A DNA stretch of 55,627 nt, filler included, from Sphacelaria rigidula (GCA_964200075.2; 6 parts of 6 records of this genome joined end to end with filler, not necessarily neighbours in it); one strand, 5' to 3'. Positions 24,017-36,750 are shown, counted from the first letter of the whole stretch. Made by a program: numbers and translations. Notes: generated from the letters alone by a model not told the origin.

Positions 24017-27000
24017 CGTCTTACTGAATGATGGCCAGAGGGGACAGGAGCACATACGTCGAATTGCATTGGACTGGCTGCAGCGACATGGCTGACACAG
24101 TGTTTTTTTGTTTGTCCAGCGGAGGACGTTTGTTCCCCGAGCGTAGGGCGCCGGCAATATCGACGGGTACTCGGTATTTCCGTTACCTTTGGGTATATAC
24201 CCGGTATTCACCTCCAAAATGACGCTTCCGTGTTCCAGCACCCGTTCTCATCTCGCCGTCCGGTGCCGAACTCTAGTACTTCTGCGATGGTAGACTCAAC
24301 ACCGAGTAATATATGTCCTAATACCACAAAACATTCAAGTATCCGAGCGACTCTTCTCTCCACCCCCCTCCGAAGAAAAAATAACGAATTTCGGCCCTCC
24401 GGTGGGTTACGTTCCTTCATGACCTCTGCTGGAGGCCTTTTCGGCCCTTTTGATACATCCATCTGCGCCTTCGACAGCCAGGAGTGATCATTTGTTAAGA
24501 ACGTGCATTATGGAAATAACGATCGAAAACATAATAATAGAAAAAAAGAATACGGTGCTGTGATTGGACTGCTGCCCTAAACAGCAACTAAACGGTTTTC
24601 GATTTCCGCACCCCCGGCGGTAAGAACCAACATCTGCCCGGAATCGAAACTTTTTGCACTTTTTGTCAAGAGCCGGCATAAAAAATCACGACTTCATTGA
24701 ATCTCTTGCTTGGGTATCCTCTTCGTTTGAAGCATCGGCTAATAAAGACATCAGGTTCACAGCGCGTCAAGGGGGCTGCGTCTTGCAGTGTGGTAATTAA
24801 TGCACCTGGCAGTCAAAAGGCTTGAGCTAGCATTACGATTGCAGTGTGTCTGATGTCAGGTGCACAGTTTGTCAGGAGCCTCATAAACTCTGACGACCAA
24901 GGGGTTGCATTGAACTGGGATCACGTACGCACTGGCTCTCGAACTTGAAGTGGGCCTATATATCTTGCAGTCCACACGTTATAAGGCGGTATCTTGCAGT
25001 CCATCGACAGTGTTTCACATCGAACGGCCAGAAGCTGAAAACAACACGATTTCGTCACTACTTACCAACTTTTCGTCACCTACCAACGACCACAATGATC
25101 GATAACAGCAAGTCGGCCCTGCACAATGACATCCCCGTTCGTCACCACGAACTGGGACTATAACCCCGTTGGAATCCATGAAACACTCTACCCCTGAGAC
25201 GCATCATGCAAGCACACACACACCAGCTCACCCTTCCATGACCCTCTCTCCGTCGAATCGCTACTAGCCTCATCCTGCACATGCGAATCTCGAATAACGC
25301 CCTGTTTATCATCACTCAAGAGTCTCGTCGTCACAAATTACGTAGCCCCCCCGTTCCCACTAATCGAAAGCCTCGTGCAGGTATGTTTTTGCGGTGAGCG
25401 TCAGACGCACAAGCAACGGGCCATGACGTGCCTAACTCGAATGTTGAACATTCGAGGGCGATCCCAGAATTGAAATAACGTCGCATTCCCACGTCACCAG
25501 TTACATTTTGTCCTCGTCACTATATTCCCCCGTCCACGTAATCCAGACCCTCGTCGGGGATGGCAAGGTGAAACCAGTAGCCGAACACACCATACCTTGG
25601 GTACTCTATCGATCCGAGACGGTCACCTTGTAAGAAATGTGTGCTTCTCGTCCTACGCGCATGACCCACGGCGAAAACATGGACACACATTCGTTTTGCA
25701 TTGGACCACTAATAAAATACCTCAGTAATGATGATCGATTTTGCCGGGAAACCCTAACCCCTTTTCATCGCTACTTCTTAAGTACTTCACTGGGAACCGG
25801 CGAGCCTCGACATCCTCCTTCTCTCGTTGGAATATTTCGCGGCGAAATAATTTTATTCCGGTCGCCTATGCTACGAAAATCAACTTCGCACGGTTCCACC
25901 TTCTCGCTAAGTTTTCTTATATGCAGTTTTAAAATAAGTCATGACCTACAACAATCGGGAGAAACAACGCCTTTGAACACGAGCAATGGATCGAGCACCA
26001 TCGACCAATTGAAGCATCCCGTCAATTTCGCCCCGGGGAACCAACAATCTATTCCGCGAACACGTCATCTCCTCGTGCCGCGTTCGTTGCGTTGAGTAAT
26101 GTGTAGTTCAATGCACGCCACCGGTCGATTGAAATAAATACGTGAGGCCTCATGTGCGCGTCATCCAACCCGAGGACGTTAAGATGTATACTAGCCGGGG
26201 TCATGCCTAGAGCAGAACATAAGGAATACTTTCGACCGCACGTGCGTGCATGTTACTCTAGAACCATGGCCTACACGATGATTGGCGACGGCTACGCATG
26301 CAGTGTGAGTCTTGGATGCGAAAAGAGGGGATTGGCGGTAGGAACATCAGTAATGACAGGCCGGGTACCTTGCGATAACTGATGCTGCGGACGTTCTCGG
26401 TGATGTAAGTGCCACGGTAGGTGCGTTGAAGGGTGATGATACCCCGGGGGGACAGTACGAAAGGACGCACGGTAAAGCCTGCTACGTAGTGAGTAAACGA
26501 GAACAACGTCTTCGTAGCTGCTGGATTCCGTCGGGGGTTCAAAGGTACAGTGATGTACATCCGGAATGCCGCACGTTTCATGCCGGGTAAAGAGGCCCGA
26601 ACGATAGTGTCAACGCTGCCGATCGTTAAACGAGCATGCCCCCCCCCGTGTATTCGATCGAATGAGTTGAACTTACAGCAGCTTCCTGTCCTGTTCCCGA
26701 CGTGTACCAGCACGACTCGAGACGAACAAATAAGGACAGCTAAAGCGTTTTTCCGGCCATGGAAACCACCGCGACAGCAAGAGTACCGAGAGCGTATCCC
26801 CCCATTGAGACAGCCCCAATCGTCGCTCCGACCGCTCCGGAATCTCCGCACCAAAAGACCATGTCCGGGCATGGATCTTCAAACACGCATTCGATCAGGG
26901 CGCCAAAGTTATCGCTCACTCCGCAGTATCGATACGTCAGGCAGCAGTAGTACGCCTGAGGTGTACAACGACATGGGAGAGGAGGGGGGTGAGTATTCTC

Positions 27001-27764
27001 TCCAATCTCTTGCCTGGGAATTGCCTGTGCGAGGAAGAATCAATACCCTTCACCTCCGATATCGCTGGTGAAGTCGTCTCAATCATTATTGGGGGAGGGA
27101 GAGCACGACATGATATGAGCATTTCGTCGACATTCCTGGGAACTACGCGCCTTGGGACGCTGCCGTCTCTTCCCCAGTCACGTGTACGTTAAACGCTCAG
27201 CCGTTTTGGGGGTTTAGCACTACTGTAGCAGTTCGTAAAATAAAGGAAATAGCACTATGGAAATGAAAATATCAACGTGAGAAATTTGTGATGGACCAGG
27301 GGGTAGCATATCTCCCATTTCCTATACCACAACCAGAATGTCTATAACCCCAAGTTTGGCGGGAGGTGGGGAGGGGCTCGGGCACTGCAAATCTAAGTAG
27401 TTGAGCTGCCAGACGTTGTCAAATATCTGAAAATGATGCTGTTTCAAGTGTTGAAAGTACATTCCTGGACTCAGAGCAAGGATGTATCCCGTTTCCTGTG
27501 CGGACGGATAGCATTGCGTTGCTTCATCATGGTCCAGGAACTTCTCGAACCCAATCGCCCCGTAGCTGACTGGCGTTTCGCCTGTGTCAAAAGAAATTAA
27601 TAGCAACATTTCCCAATTATTCGTTCCGGATCAGTTTTTGGTGCTGCGACGGGCCGAGGTACGTGTAAGCCATGCTAGGCATCTTAGCTTATACTTCCTC
27701 TGTCCCATAAGTAAAGTCCGTCATGGGCTTTTGATCGTTTGTGCATTCAAACTCTTCCGATCAT

Positions 27765-27864
27765 NNNNNNNNNNNNNNNNNNNNNNNNNNNNNNNNNNNN
27801 NNNNNNNNTTAATTAATTAANNNNNNNNNNNNNNNNNNNNNNNNNNNNNNNNNNNNNNNNNNNN
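27765..27864. other. Artificial contig linker
   Basis: N44-TTAATTAATTAA-N44. Confidence 0.99.
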
Positions 27865-30828
27865 GCACTCAAACCACCAAGCGGGAAGCGCCGTGGTGTG
27901 CTCGGCGAGTCGCATGAAAGGTGAGCTGCATCCTGCTAGGATTGTTCGGCACGAAGCGTACTGATTATCTTGCCTTTGGATGACAGCCTACGATGAATCG
28001 CTTCATTTTCTGGTATCGCCACTTCCAGAGACAGCTACGGCTTATACACTGCCTCATGGGTGCGTCACCATTTTTTTCGGCGAGCGGCTACCGTGGAAAG
28101 TCTTACAATGGGGAGGAACGTTTTGCACGGGAAATGGACGGAGGTCAAAATTGGTCGGAGTATCTGTCTAGGGGTAGAGATATGGAGCAAATAAAGTTCC
28201 ATACTGAACTCGATATATACATTCAATATATTACGAGCAGAGGTGCTAAATTAACCAAATATGGATTTCGCCGCTCAGTTTTGAGAGTTGTGATTTGAAA
28301 TTTTGAATGGAGTATCGCAAGGGCAACGTAAAACACTTTCTTTGGGGATTTGAGATTTTCTCGTGAGTTTTAGGGACGTTTTTTTTAAACGAAAATGACT
28401 TTTATTTGTTGCCCTTCACTCAGTTTCTCATCTCTCTTTCCAGAGTTGTGCTTTGAAATTAAGTTTGAAGAATCGCAAGAAGAGCATACTAAGAACGAAA
28501 GCACCGGCACCTCGTGTGTTTTTTCGTAAGGTCAAGACGTTCTCGTGAAAATGTGGCCCTCGCTACAGTTAAATGTCCTGAGCCCACGACACAAAAAACG
28601 TATCCCACAGGTTTTCTTTTATTCGTCACCATGCTCTTGCTATTCTCCACACAAGATTTTAGAGTACAAATATCAAAACTGAGCTGATGAATGGTCCACA
28701 ACATACAGCTCCGTTTGTAGGCTGGCCCAGCTTGTGCATTCGAAATTCTCGCCTCAGTTTTGAGACTTGCGAATTATTATTTGGTATGGGGAATCGGTGG
28801 GGCAAAATATTTGTTTTCGGCGCCTTGTTGAGTTTTGCATGAGTTAGCGACATCTTTAGTGCAAAACTGAGTCTTGTTTTGAGGTCTCAACTCACGAAGA
28901 AAGAAAGTATCGACGCGTCGAAATTACTTTTATTATCATGCCCTACATATTTTCCATACCAAATTTTCAATTGCAACCCTCAAAATTGAGGGGAGAATCC
29001 GACTACAACCTACAAATAATCTGGTTCTAGGCTGGCCCAGGTCGTATTCTACTGTGTCCAGTTTTTCAAGGTAATCACGTACGCGGGAATGCTTTAGAAT
29101 TCCGTTAACTGTTCATGGTGAACAAGTGGCATGAAATTGGACCGACTTTGTCAGTTGACCGAGTTTTTCTGAGACATTGTTTTAACTTTGCCAGATGCTG
29201 TCGGATTGACAGACGAGATACGGCATACATATTGTTCCCCACGAGCGAGTGTAGGGGCCTATTGTAAACCTTTGTTCGGGATGCATCGGCTGTGAATATA
29301 AATAAAGCCTGTCATTCAGGTAGATCGCAGAAGTTAGAAATGGTCCCCCAAATCAAGAGATATGCGAAAAAGGTGGATGATGCTGAATAGTTTTCACGAA
29401 TACGCTTTTGTGAAACGTGATTCAACCCAAATTCGCCAGCGCATAGGCTGTTGATGAATCTGCAACTAAATCGCTGCTTCAACGGAGGAACTCAATTAAT
29501 ACGTTGAAGCAGACAGGAGCAACACATTTTCATCTCAACGGCCTTTTATGGCAACCTCGAAAACAGTCGATATTTTTCGACTGCATTTTTTCTTCGTGCC
29601 GCGTGTAATGTACAAGCTGCAGAAGGAGGTATCTATGATATGTGCACAACTGGTTGGGTGCACTCATCTATTCCTGCATACCCTCTACAGGGTGCCGGCG
29701 CGGTCTCCAACTAGTTCCAAAACTATCATCGCGACATCACTTGGATATTTCTGACTTGCGGCCGATTCTTGCCAATCTCTCGAAAACAGTGGACATCCTC
29801 GCTTCGAGTCCGGTCACGTACTCCCGACACGCGAATTAACTCCAGTTTCAGACGTCTGATCAGGTCTGGTAGCTTGATTTCATAAAATCTTCGTATCCAC
29901 ACTTAATCTCCGAAATACGGTTCCATTCCTCCGCCTACTGGTAGCTATTGACAACCTCAGGGTTAGGATTAGACCCCACGGGAAGTCCTGAAATAACGGA
30001 CGGTTTTCTTGGAAAGCAGTCGCTCACTGTAACGGGTAAAAAGCGTTCAAGCAAGGAAATTTCGATTTTGAACAGGGAAATATGTACCACGAGATAGCCC
30101 TGAATAATACCATTCTACATGTTTCATTCCGAGCGATGTTGCCCAAATACCCCCACAGTTGTCACAAATCCTATCTGAGAGAGAGGGTGTCAGCACTTTC
30201 CGTCGCTGGATCAGACCCCGTTCGGGCCCGTCAGGAGGGATATTCACACTGCAGCTGATGCGGGCTCTAATTTAAGAAAAAGCGGCTCGGATTTTGCAAG
30301 CGCGTTGCACTAGTAGTATCCTTCGACAGCCCCACCGCCAAACCGGTTCTCAGCACAACCACGGCGGAAGTGGCCATACAAGGCGTGATGGATAGTTTAG
30401 ACTGGATGAAGCGCCTCGCGTGGGCGCTACTGGCGAAGCAACCCCAAGCGTGGGACTAACCCTTACCCCCGTTGTGTGTGCCAGCAGCTTTTTTGTGGGG
30501 CATCCATTTTATCCAACTGGCGACTGTACTGTTGTAGTGATGCTGTCCTCTGGTGTGGTGGTATATCTCAGCAGACTGCTGGATGATGCTGCGTTTCAAA
30601 GATCGCTGGTGTCTGTCGGCGCATTGGATCGTTTCGCTGACGGCGATCGTCGCCGGCGCAACAGTATGAAGTCTCTCTCAGATACTCAACAAGAGGCGCT
30701 CGAAAACTCGATGACTAGTTCAAAGTATGTTTTTAGCATGCTTTGTTACTTGTTCCGTAGCGCTTAGACGCAGGTCCTGCTCAAAAGATGCCGCACAATC
30801 AATGACGGCGGTTCTTCTGTTGGGCCGC

Positions 30829-30987
30829 TCATCATGCTTGCGCTGCCGTGCAGAAACTTCTGGGTTAGGGTTACATGGTCGGAACCGGTTGGGAATCCCG
30901 AGCCTTTTGGACAAAACAAAAAATGAAATGTCGATGGTCAGTTAAACCTCACCCAAATATTGAACCTCAAAAACGAATCCAGGTTGT
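30829..30987 (-). mobile_element. One end of an AACAGCC-type TIR element
   Basis: Ends ...GAACCTCAAAAACGAATCCAGGTTGTT; reverse complement of 9031-9188; partner end not identified. Confidence 0.7.
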
Positions 30988-31402
30988 TCTTAGGAGGATG
31001 CAGCTCACCCTTCATGCGACTCGCCGAACACAACATTCAGGCCTGACAGTATTCACAACATGCAGCTCACCCTTCACGGGATCGGCCGGGCATATGGCGG
31101 CACTTGGCGCTTGGTGATTGCGAGCCTGGTCCGGCGACAACCCGGTGTGCTCCGTCCCGGCTTCGTACGGATACGAGGTCAATGTTCTCATGACTACGGC
31201 ATGCAAGATCATGAAACATCCCCACCTCTCTCGAACAGTTGGGCTTGAGTAAAAAGTTGGAGTCTCACCGGAATTCTCTGCCCCCGAGAAACTCCCTGTA
31301 CAGCAAGTATTGTAGACAGATGAACCAAAGTGTCCGCAAAATATACACGCAACAATGAGGGCAAAAAGTATATCCATCTATATAGGTGGATCTTATTTTC
31401 AC

Positions 31403-31794
31403 CGGTCTTGCTCTTCACGTCAACGTTGACGTAGTCTGTTACATCCGTCAACGTTCAGCATCCGTCCCACAAGCCCCGCATGAACACAGCAACACATGGA
31501 AAACACTCACAGTCTCTAGCTAACGTTCAAGCCATCGCACGGAGCAAAAGGACCCGTAACGGATGAGATACATGCTCATGGCAGAGTGAGCATTCTTGTG
31601 GCATGCCACCATGTATCATGCATACGTCTCATCCGTTGCGGGTCCGTTTGCTCTGTGCGATGGCTCGAACGTTAGCTAGAGACTGTGTGAGTGTTTTCCA
31701 TGTGTTGCTGTGTCCATGCGGGGCTTGTGGGACGGATGCTGAACGTTGACGGATGTAACAGGTTACGTCACCGTTGACGTAAATAGCAAGATCC
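31403..31794. mobile_element. 392-bp long-TIR hairpin element with 9-11-bp TSD (Mutator/MULE-like MITE)
   Basis: ~170-bp inverted arms around a ~45-nt loop; direct repeat TATTTTCAC(C) at 31394-31402 and 31795-31803; long TIRs with a 9-11-bp TSD are the MULE signature. Confidence 0.85.
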
Positions 31795-32269
31795 TATTTT
31801 CACCGTCACTTGTTGTCATGACCGATCCCGCGTTATTCTTTTTAATCGGGAGCCCACATTTTTTCAATCAGCTGCCCGTTACGAATGTTTTCAAACAAAG
31901 TGAAGGGTTTGCCCAACAATGAGCATGCAGGTCCCGTTTACGCGCCACTTGAGACTGGAATCATGTCACTATTCTCGACAAGTTGCCATCGGTGTACTGC
32001 TTGGTAAACGACCCCCCCATTACTGTCAGGTGACACAAACAACGGCCATACAGGGCGAATACCGGGCATTCCGGGGGGAGGCTTCTCCACTGACACAATA
32101 TTCAAGAGGCAATCTACACTCCCCCATGGAACAATGTCTGTATCATGCAGTGTATATTGAATATATTGGTCACAATGCAGTTCATGCCCGTTGTTTCTTG
32201 TCGTCCCATTTATTCTGGTCGCCAGTCTACACCTTTCGGTATGTGGGCGCATCAGCCGGGGTCACATAG

Positions 32270-32731
32270 AACACTACATTCGTGAGATTCAGAGGGTAGT
32301 TTCAGATTCAGAGTAGAGACCCGAAACAATGGACTTTCCCGTCGATTTTGACATCACCACAGTTCAAGAAGTAATGCGCTCAGCTGGTGAAGCGGTGGCT
32401 TCAATGAAAGCTGTCACCTGCACGATCAATTTCACACATTACTTGATCGCAACGACGTAGTCAGTCCATTGCAACAAAAGATCCTCTCTTTCAGGAAAAA
32501 TCGAGTAGTGCCTGAAACAGTTTCAGTTCCGACATGCCCCCCCCCAGGCGTACAAATGCTTTGTGTGGTATCTCACCAACCAGAGCGCCGAATTCCTCGA
32601 ATGGGGTACTGTACGGTAGCTGCATGCACAGCACGTGTGCTTGAGCAAAAAAACAAAGGTTGCCTGTAAGGAACGCTAGAGCATCCACACTGAATCTGAA
32701 ACTACCCTCTGAATCTCACGAACATGGTGTT
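32270..32731 (+). mobile_element. 462-bp MITE copy A, AACAC...GTGTT ends, 4-bp TSD ATAG
   Basis: ~44-bp TIR AACACTACATTCGTGAGATTCAGAGGGTAGTTTCAGATTCAG; removing it plus one ATAG restores host SINE spacing. Confidence 0.92.
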
Positions 32732-32870
32732 ATAGTTTGAAGGCCAACGCAGGACATTTTTTCCTCCAGTTTGTTTTAGTACTCCACCTTGCTGCGGTAC
32801 TCACCTCATCCTTCATCGCCAGAGGGGTTCAGCCCTCCCCTTCCGTCGTCGACCGCGACGTCGGCTTGTG

Positions 32871-33683
32871 CAGGGTTGTGTTCTGCAGGGTACGGGTATT
32901 TCTGTAGGATGTGGGAGTTTCAACAGAACTCACAGAAATATCGGGTACCGGTATGAAAGTCTCGAAGAAATTACACAATTGTCATACTGTATGGGAGGCT
33001 TTCAGAAACCCGAACCGGCAGTTGGGTTTTCCTTCAAGGGCATCCTCGCGCTCCGGGTACGGGCATAGATTATCTTAAGAATTCGCGGAACTGTTGGGTA
33101 AGGGTATGGGAGGCGTACAAAGCTCACAGAAACTGTTGGACAGGGTATGGAGGCTGCACAGAAAATCATACCCAACAACGTGTTCGAGAGAAAAAGAGTA
33201 GAGCGCTGATTGAGAGCGGCTTTGATAATCCGCTGTAATTTAGCCAATTTTTCATTCCGTGCGCTCTCCTTTACCTCCATCACTGGCGTGTGCTTCCATC
33301 TGCACGTCGATATTCTACTCGGGGATATCAAGGGCCTGAGTGGCAAGCTACTACGGGAAGCATTTTAGGTCTCGGGGAGGGGCATTTCGGAACTGAAACG
33401 ATTCATTCATTAATTGACCGCTTTTCATCCTCAATCGTATCCTCCACGCTCAATCTCACGAAAACACTGTTACCCGCAACCGGGTATCTTATCAGGAGCA
33501 TATCCGTGCCCCCGGTAATGGTACGGGAGGCTTACAGAACTCACGAACTATTGGGTAAGGGTGTGAACATCTTGCACAGTTTACAGAACCGTCGGGCACC
33601 GGTATGAGAGTGTCGGGTACGGTTAATATCCGGAAAAATACCTAGGGTAGACGGAAAAACGTATCCTACAGGACACAACCTTG
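32871..33683 (+). mobile_element. hAT-like non-autonomous element (CAGGGTTGTG TIR) with ACAGAA/GGGTACGG subterminal repeats
   Basis: Left CAGGGTTGTGTTCTGCAGGGTACG vs right-end reverse complement CAAGGTTGTGTCCTGTAGGATACG; 8-bp flanks only 5/8 identical. Confidence 0.65.
33174..33471. mobile_element. 298-bp MITE, AACA...TGTT ends, 4-bp TSD ACCC, nested in the hAT-like element
   Basis: ACCC|AACAACGTGTTCGAGAGA...CTCAATCTCACGAAAACACTGTT|ACCC; partial second copy at 46441-46545. Confidence 0.85.
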
Positions 33684-34063
33684 GAATTATGTGGGAAAAA
33701 ATCCCAAATAGTGTGACTTCACGGAAACTCAGACCCAGTTGCCAACTGAGCCACCGGGGCGAACGGCGAATGTCAGCATCATATTTGTATATCGGATATG
33801 TTGCTTGTACTGGCCAGAAGGACGCAAAGGGAGACACTGTCGCTGTAACCAACGTCGTCCCTTGTCCTCGCCAGCATAGCGAATAGGCCGTTAAAACCCC
33901 TCAACAAGAAATACATGGAGACTAACGACGGCCGAACAGGACAGTAAGCAGTCCATGTAACTCATCCTCAAACACTAAGCGAAGCTAACTCTCTAATCCG
34001 TTCAATTTTATTCAAAAGCTTCAAAATCCCACAGGCGCCCATGCCAATCAAGGGCAGACTTCT

Positions 34064-34264
34064 TCAGCGACTGTGTTTTTCATCAATTTCGTTCAGTTTC
34101 CACGCGTCGTTCATGTCGATGCCGTCGGCCACGCAGTGGTCCCACCGGAAGTTGTCGTAAATGTAGTTCAGGCTGTTCACCCGAGGATCCAAGAGCTTGA
34201 GAATATCTCGGTTAGAGATGGAGTTGCCACCGGGGGAGTAGTCACCGCGGATGCCGGTGTATAC
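34064..34264 (-). CDS. Terminal exon of a tyrosinase-like (type-3 di-copper) protein
   Basis: TCAG| acceptor, then VYTGIRGDYSPGGNSISNRDILKLLDPRVNSLNYIYDNFRWDHCVADGIDMNDAWKLNEIDEKHSR* (201 bp, phase 0); YxY motif typical of the tyrosinase core C-terminus; absent from the ORF track. Confidence 0.8.
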   Translation of the reverse strand, partial: VYTGIRGDYSPGGNSISNRDILKLLDPRVNSLNYIYDNFRWDHCVADGIDMNDAWKLNEIDEKHSR

Positions 34265-34678
34265 CTGATTTAATCACAGCCGGACGGTCGGCAGAGTACC
34301 GTGTGAATGTGCATAATTTGGTTGTTGGAATTTTACGAGCAACCATACAGTGCCCTCATCTCGTTTCACCTCTAACATTTTACCTTACGTGGGTTTTTCA
34401 ATACGCGCTGTAAAACCTTGCAAAAGATACGCAAGGAAGCCTCTCGCCCCACCCTCCCCTCCACCAGCCGAACTGATGAACACCTACCGAGGCCATCTTT
34501 GAAATTAAAACAGTGGATCATCACGAAATATAACTCCGTAAAACCACTTGAAAAAAATAAAAGCTTACGATAAATCTTCATGTGCGTGTGCTGAGGAACT
34601 ATTTTAAAATAATTAGTACGGGTTTTTCACCTGCATCTCTCGTGAATTGCACTACAGCATGCATGCAAAACGAGAGAA

Positions 34679-35140
34679 AACACTATATTCGTGAGATTCA
34701 GAGGGTAGTTTCAGATTCAGAGTGGATGCTCTAGCGTTCCTTACAGGCAACCTTTGTTTTTTTGCTCAAGCACACGTGCTGTGCATGCAGCTACCGTACA
34801 GTACCCCATTCGAGGAATTCGGCGCTCTGGTTGGTGAGATACCACACAAAGCATTTGTACGCCTGGGGGGGGGCATGTCGGAACTGAAACTGTTTCAGGC
34901 ACTACTCGATTTTTCCTGAAAGAGAGGATCTTTTGTTGCAATGGACTGACTACGTCGTTGCGATCAAGTAATGTGTGAAATCGATCGTGCAGGTGACAGC
35001 TTTCATTGAAGCCACCGCTTCACCAGCTGAGCGCATTACTTCTTGAACTGTGGTGATGTCAAAATTGACGGGAAAGTCCATTGTTTCGGGTCTCTACTCT
35101 GAATCTGAAACTACCCTCTGAATCTCACGAATGTAGTGTT
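34679..35140 (-). mobile_element. 462-bp MITE copy B, inverted relative to copy A, in the tyrosinase intron
   Basis: Near-identical reverse complement of 32270-32731 (about 5 differences by eye); flanks AGAA/GGAA. Confidence 0.92.
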
Positions 35141-35329
35141 GGAACTATTTGTAGCATGTATGATCCATCCAACCAATAACGCGCATGGTTCATATACAAG
35201 AAAAAACGCATATAGTAGACAAAATAACGCAACATAGAAAAAAATTGCAGTACGTACAAGATGGATCATCATCCATCAACCAAACAAGCAAAAAATTATG
35301 TAGACATATGTATATATATATATGTTCAC

Positions 35330-35578
35330 CCTGAAAGATCCGCTGCCCTCATCAGCCGCAAGCCCGAACGGAAACACATCCGAGCCCCTGTGGCCATTGC
35401 AGTCTTGATCGTAAAAGCTCAGTAACCCCGTCACATTCTCGCCGCTGTCGTCGACCCAAGTCGTATCCATGTCCGGCCAGTAGAGATCCGTCATCGTTCC
35501 CGTGAGACGCTTAAACATCCACAATCTTTCCATGGTGGGATGCATGGGCCAGAAGGTCGGATCGAGGCTCGAGCTAGA
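35330..35578 (-). CDS. Penultimate exon of the tyrosinase-like protein, carrying the CuB motif
   Basis: TTGCAG|...AGG|GTGAA; 249 bp, phase 0-0; SSSLDPTFWPMHPTMERLW aligns to the CuB consensus DPxFxxHHxxxDxxW; splices in frame to 34064-34264. Confidence 0.85.
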
Positions 35579-36750
35579 CTGCAAGATCGAACGCGGATCC
35601 CACGGGGACAGGGGTTGAAGAGAGGGGGAGGGGGGGGGTGTACTCATGATCATGCATGGCATAGTCATAAGACCATTGACCTCGCATCCCTACAAAGCTG
35701 GGGCGGAGCACGCCGGGTTTTCGCCGCACCAGGCTCGCACTCAATCACCAAGCGCGAAGGGTGGGGGGGGGAGGGGGAGACATTGTGAGAGCTTGGACAT
35801 GGGCGCTTGGTCCGACTTTGCTGCCAGTACGTGGTGGTGTTTTGCCATCCTTGCCCGGTCGAGTCGGTCACGCTATCGTTTCGTCAGTACGGCCATGTCC
35901 CTCCTGGATAGCATACATACCCATATACCCGTGTTTCGCGTAACGAGACGTTGACGCGCGCTTGGTACAAAGATATAAGAGTAAACAATTTGCTCATCCT
36001 CAGTTTACACCATTCGTTTCGGTTGCCACTTCGCTCTCCCAGTTTCCAGTCGTTTTCATTTTAGCAGATAATATATATATATATATATATATTCATGTTT
36101 CAGTTACATTGGACACGTTTCCATCTTGCGGAGAATGACCACGCCTGCATCCCCTCGGGGATCCAGTCAATGTGCGACAATCAATCGATCAGCCAACTAA
36201 CCGATCTCGTCGGGTTCAAGATCCACGGAGTAAAAAAAAAATTGTGAGCCCACACCTTTCCCACGGCTTTGTTTTTTCTTTTCGTTTTTTTTCAGCCTTC
36301 TCACCTGGAAAGCCTTTGGCAGGGGAGCGTGTCGCATGGGTTGTGTACCCAGCGTCTTCACTTTACGTGGGTGCCATTCTCTCCGTTTCTCGACATCTTC
36401 TTGTTCCGTTTATTTCTTCATTTATTTTCCTCTTTTTCCTCTCCCACCGTTCATTCTTGTGTTGTGTTTTTTTTGAGATTTTTTTGCTTTGCTTTGTTTT
36501 CGATACTTCACCTTTCGGTGTCTCATACCTCGTGATGACCATCAGTCAATTGAATCCACGTCAACTCTACCTAAAGGCAAAACACCAGCAGCCTCCCAGG
36601 GATACTGCTAATCAATAACTCCATACACGAGCCGCGGTGCGCTCGGGAGTCCGAATTATTCATCAGTTGAGATTTCCGGGTTGGGCCGCTTCTTTCAACA
36701 GACAAAAATAAATATCTGGAAACGTGCCTTTTTGGAGCTTTCACGTCGTT

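Larger units (their letters stand above)
32190..33767 (-). mobile_element. tRNA-derived SINE copy split by nested insertions
   Basis: Body (CGTCCCATTTAT...CCAGTCTACACCTTTCGGTAT) at 32200-32269 resumes at 32736-32865; head CCAACTGAGCCACCGGGGCG near 33742-33761; matches 41070-41435. Confidence 0.75.

Noticed and set aside
26258-27609. 204-aa, 173-aa and 95-aa ORFs
   Set aside because: No recognisable domain; the two longer ones overlap on opposite strands; insufficient support
32272-32729. CACTA element call for the 462-bp MITE
   Set aside because: Both copies have AA before and TT after the CACTA-like ends, and empty-site reconstruction gives a 4-bp TSD outside them, so the ends are AACAC...GTGTT
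32469-34941. Duplicated identical 65-66-aa ORFs
   Set aside because: Chance ORFs inside the two MITE copies
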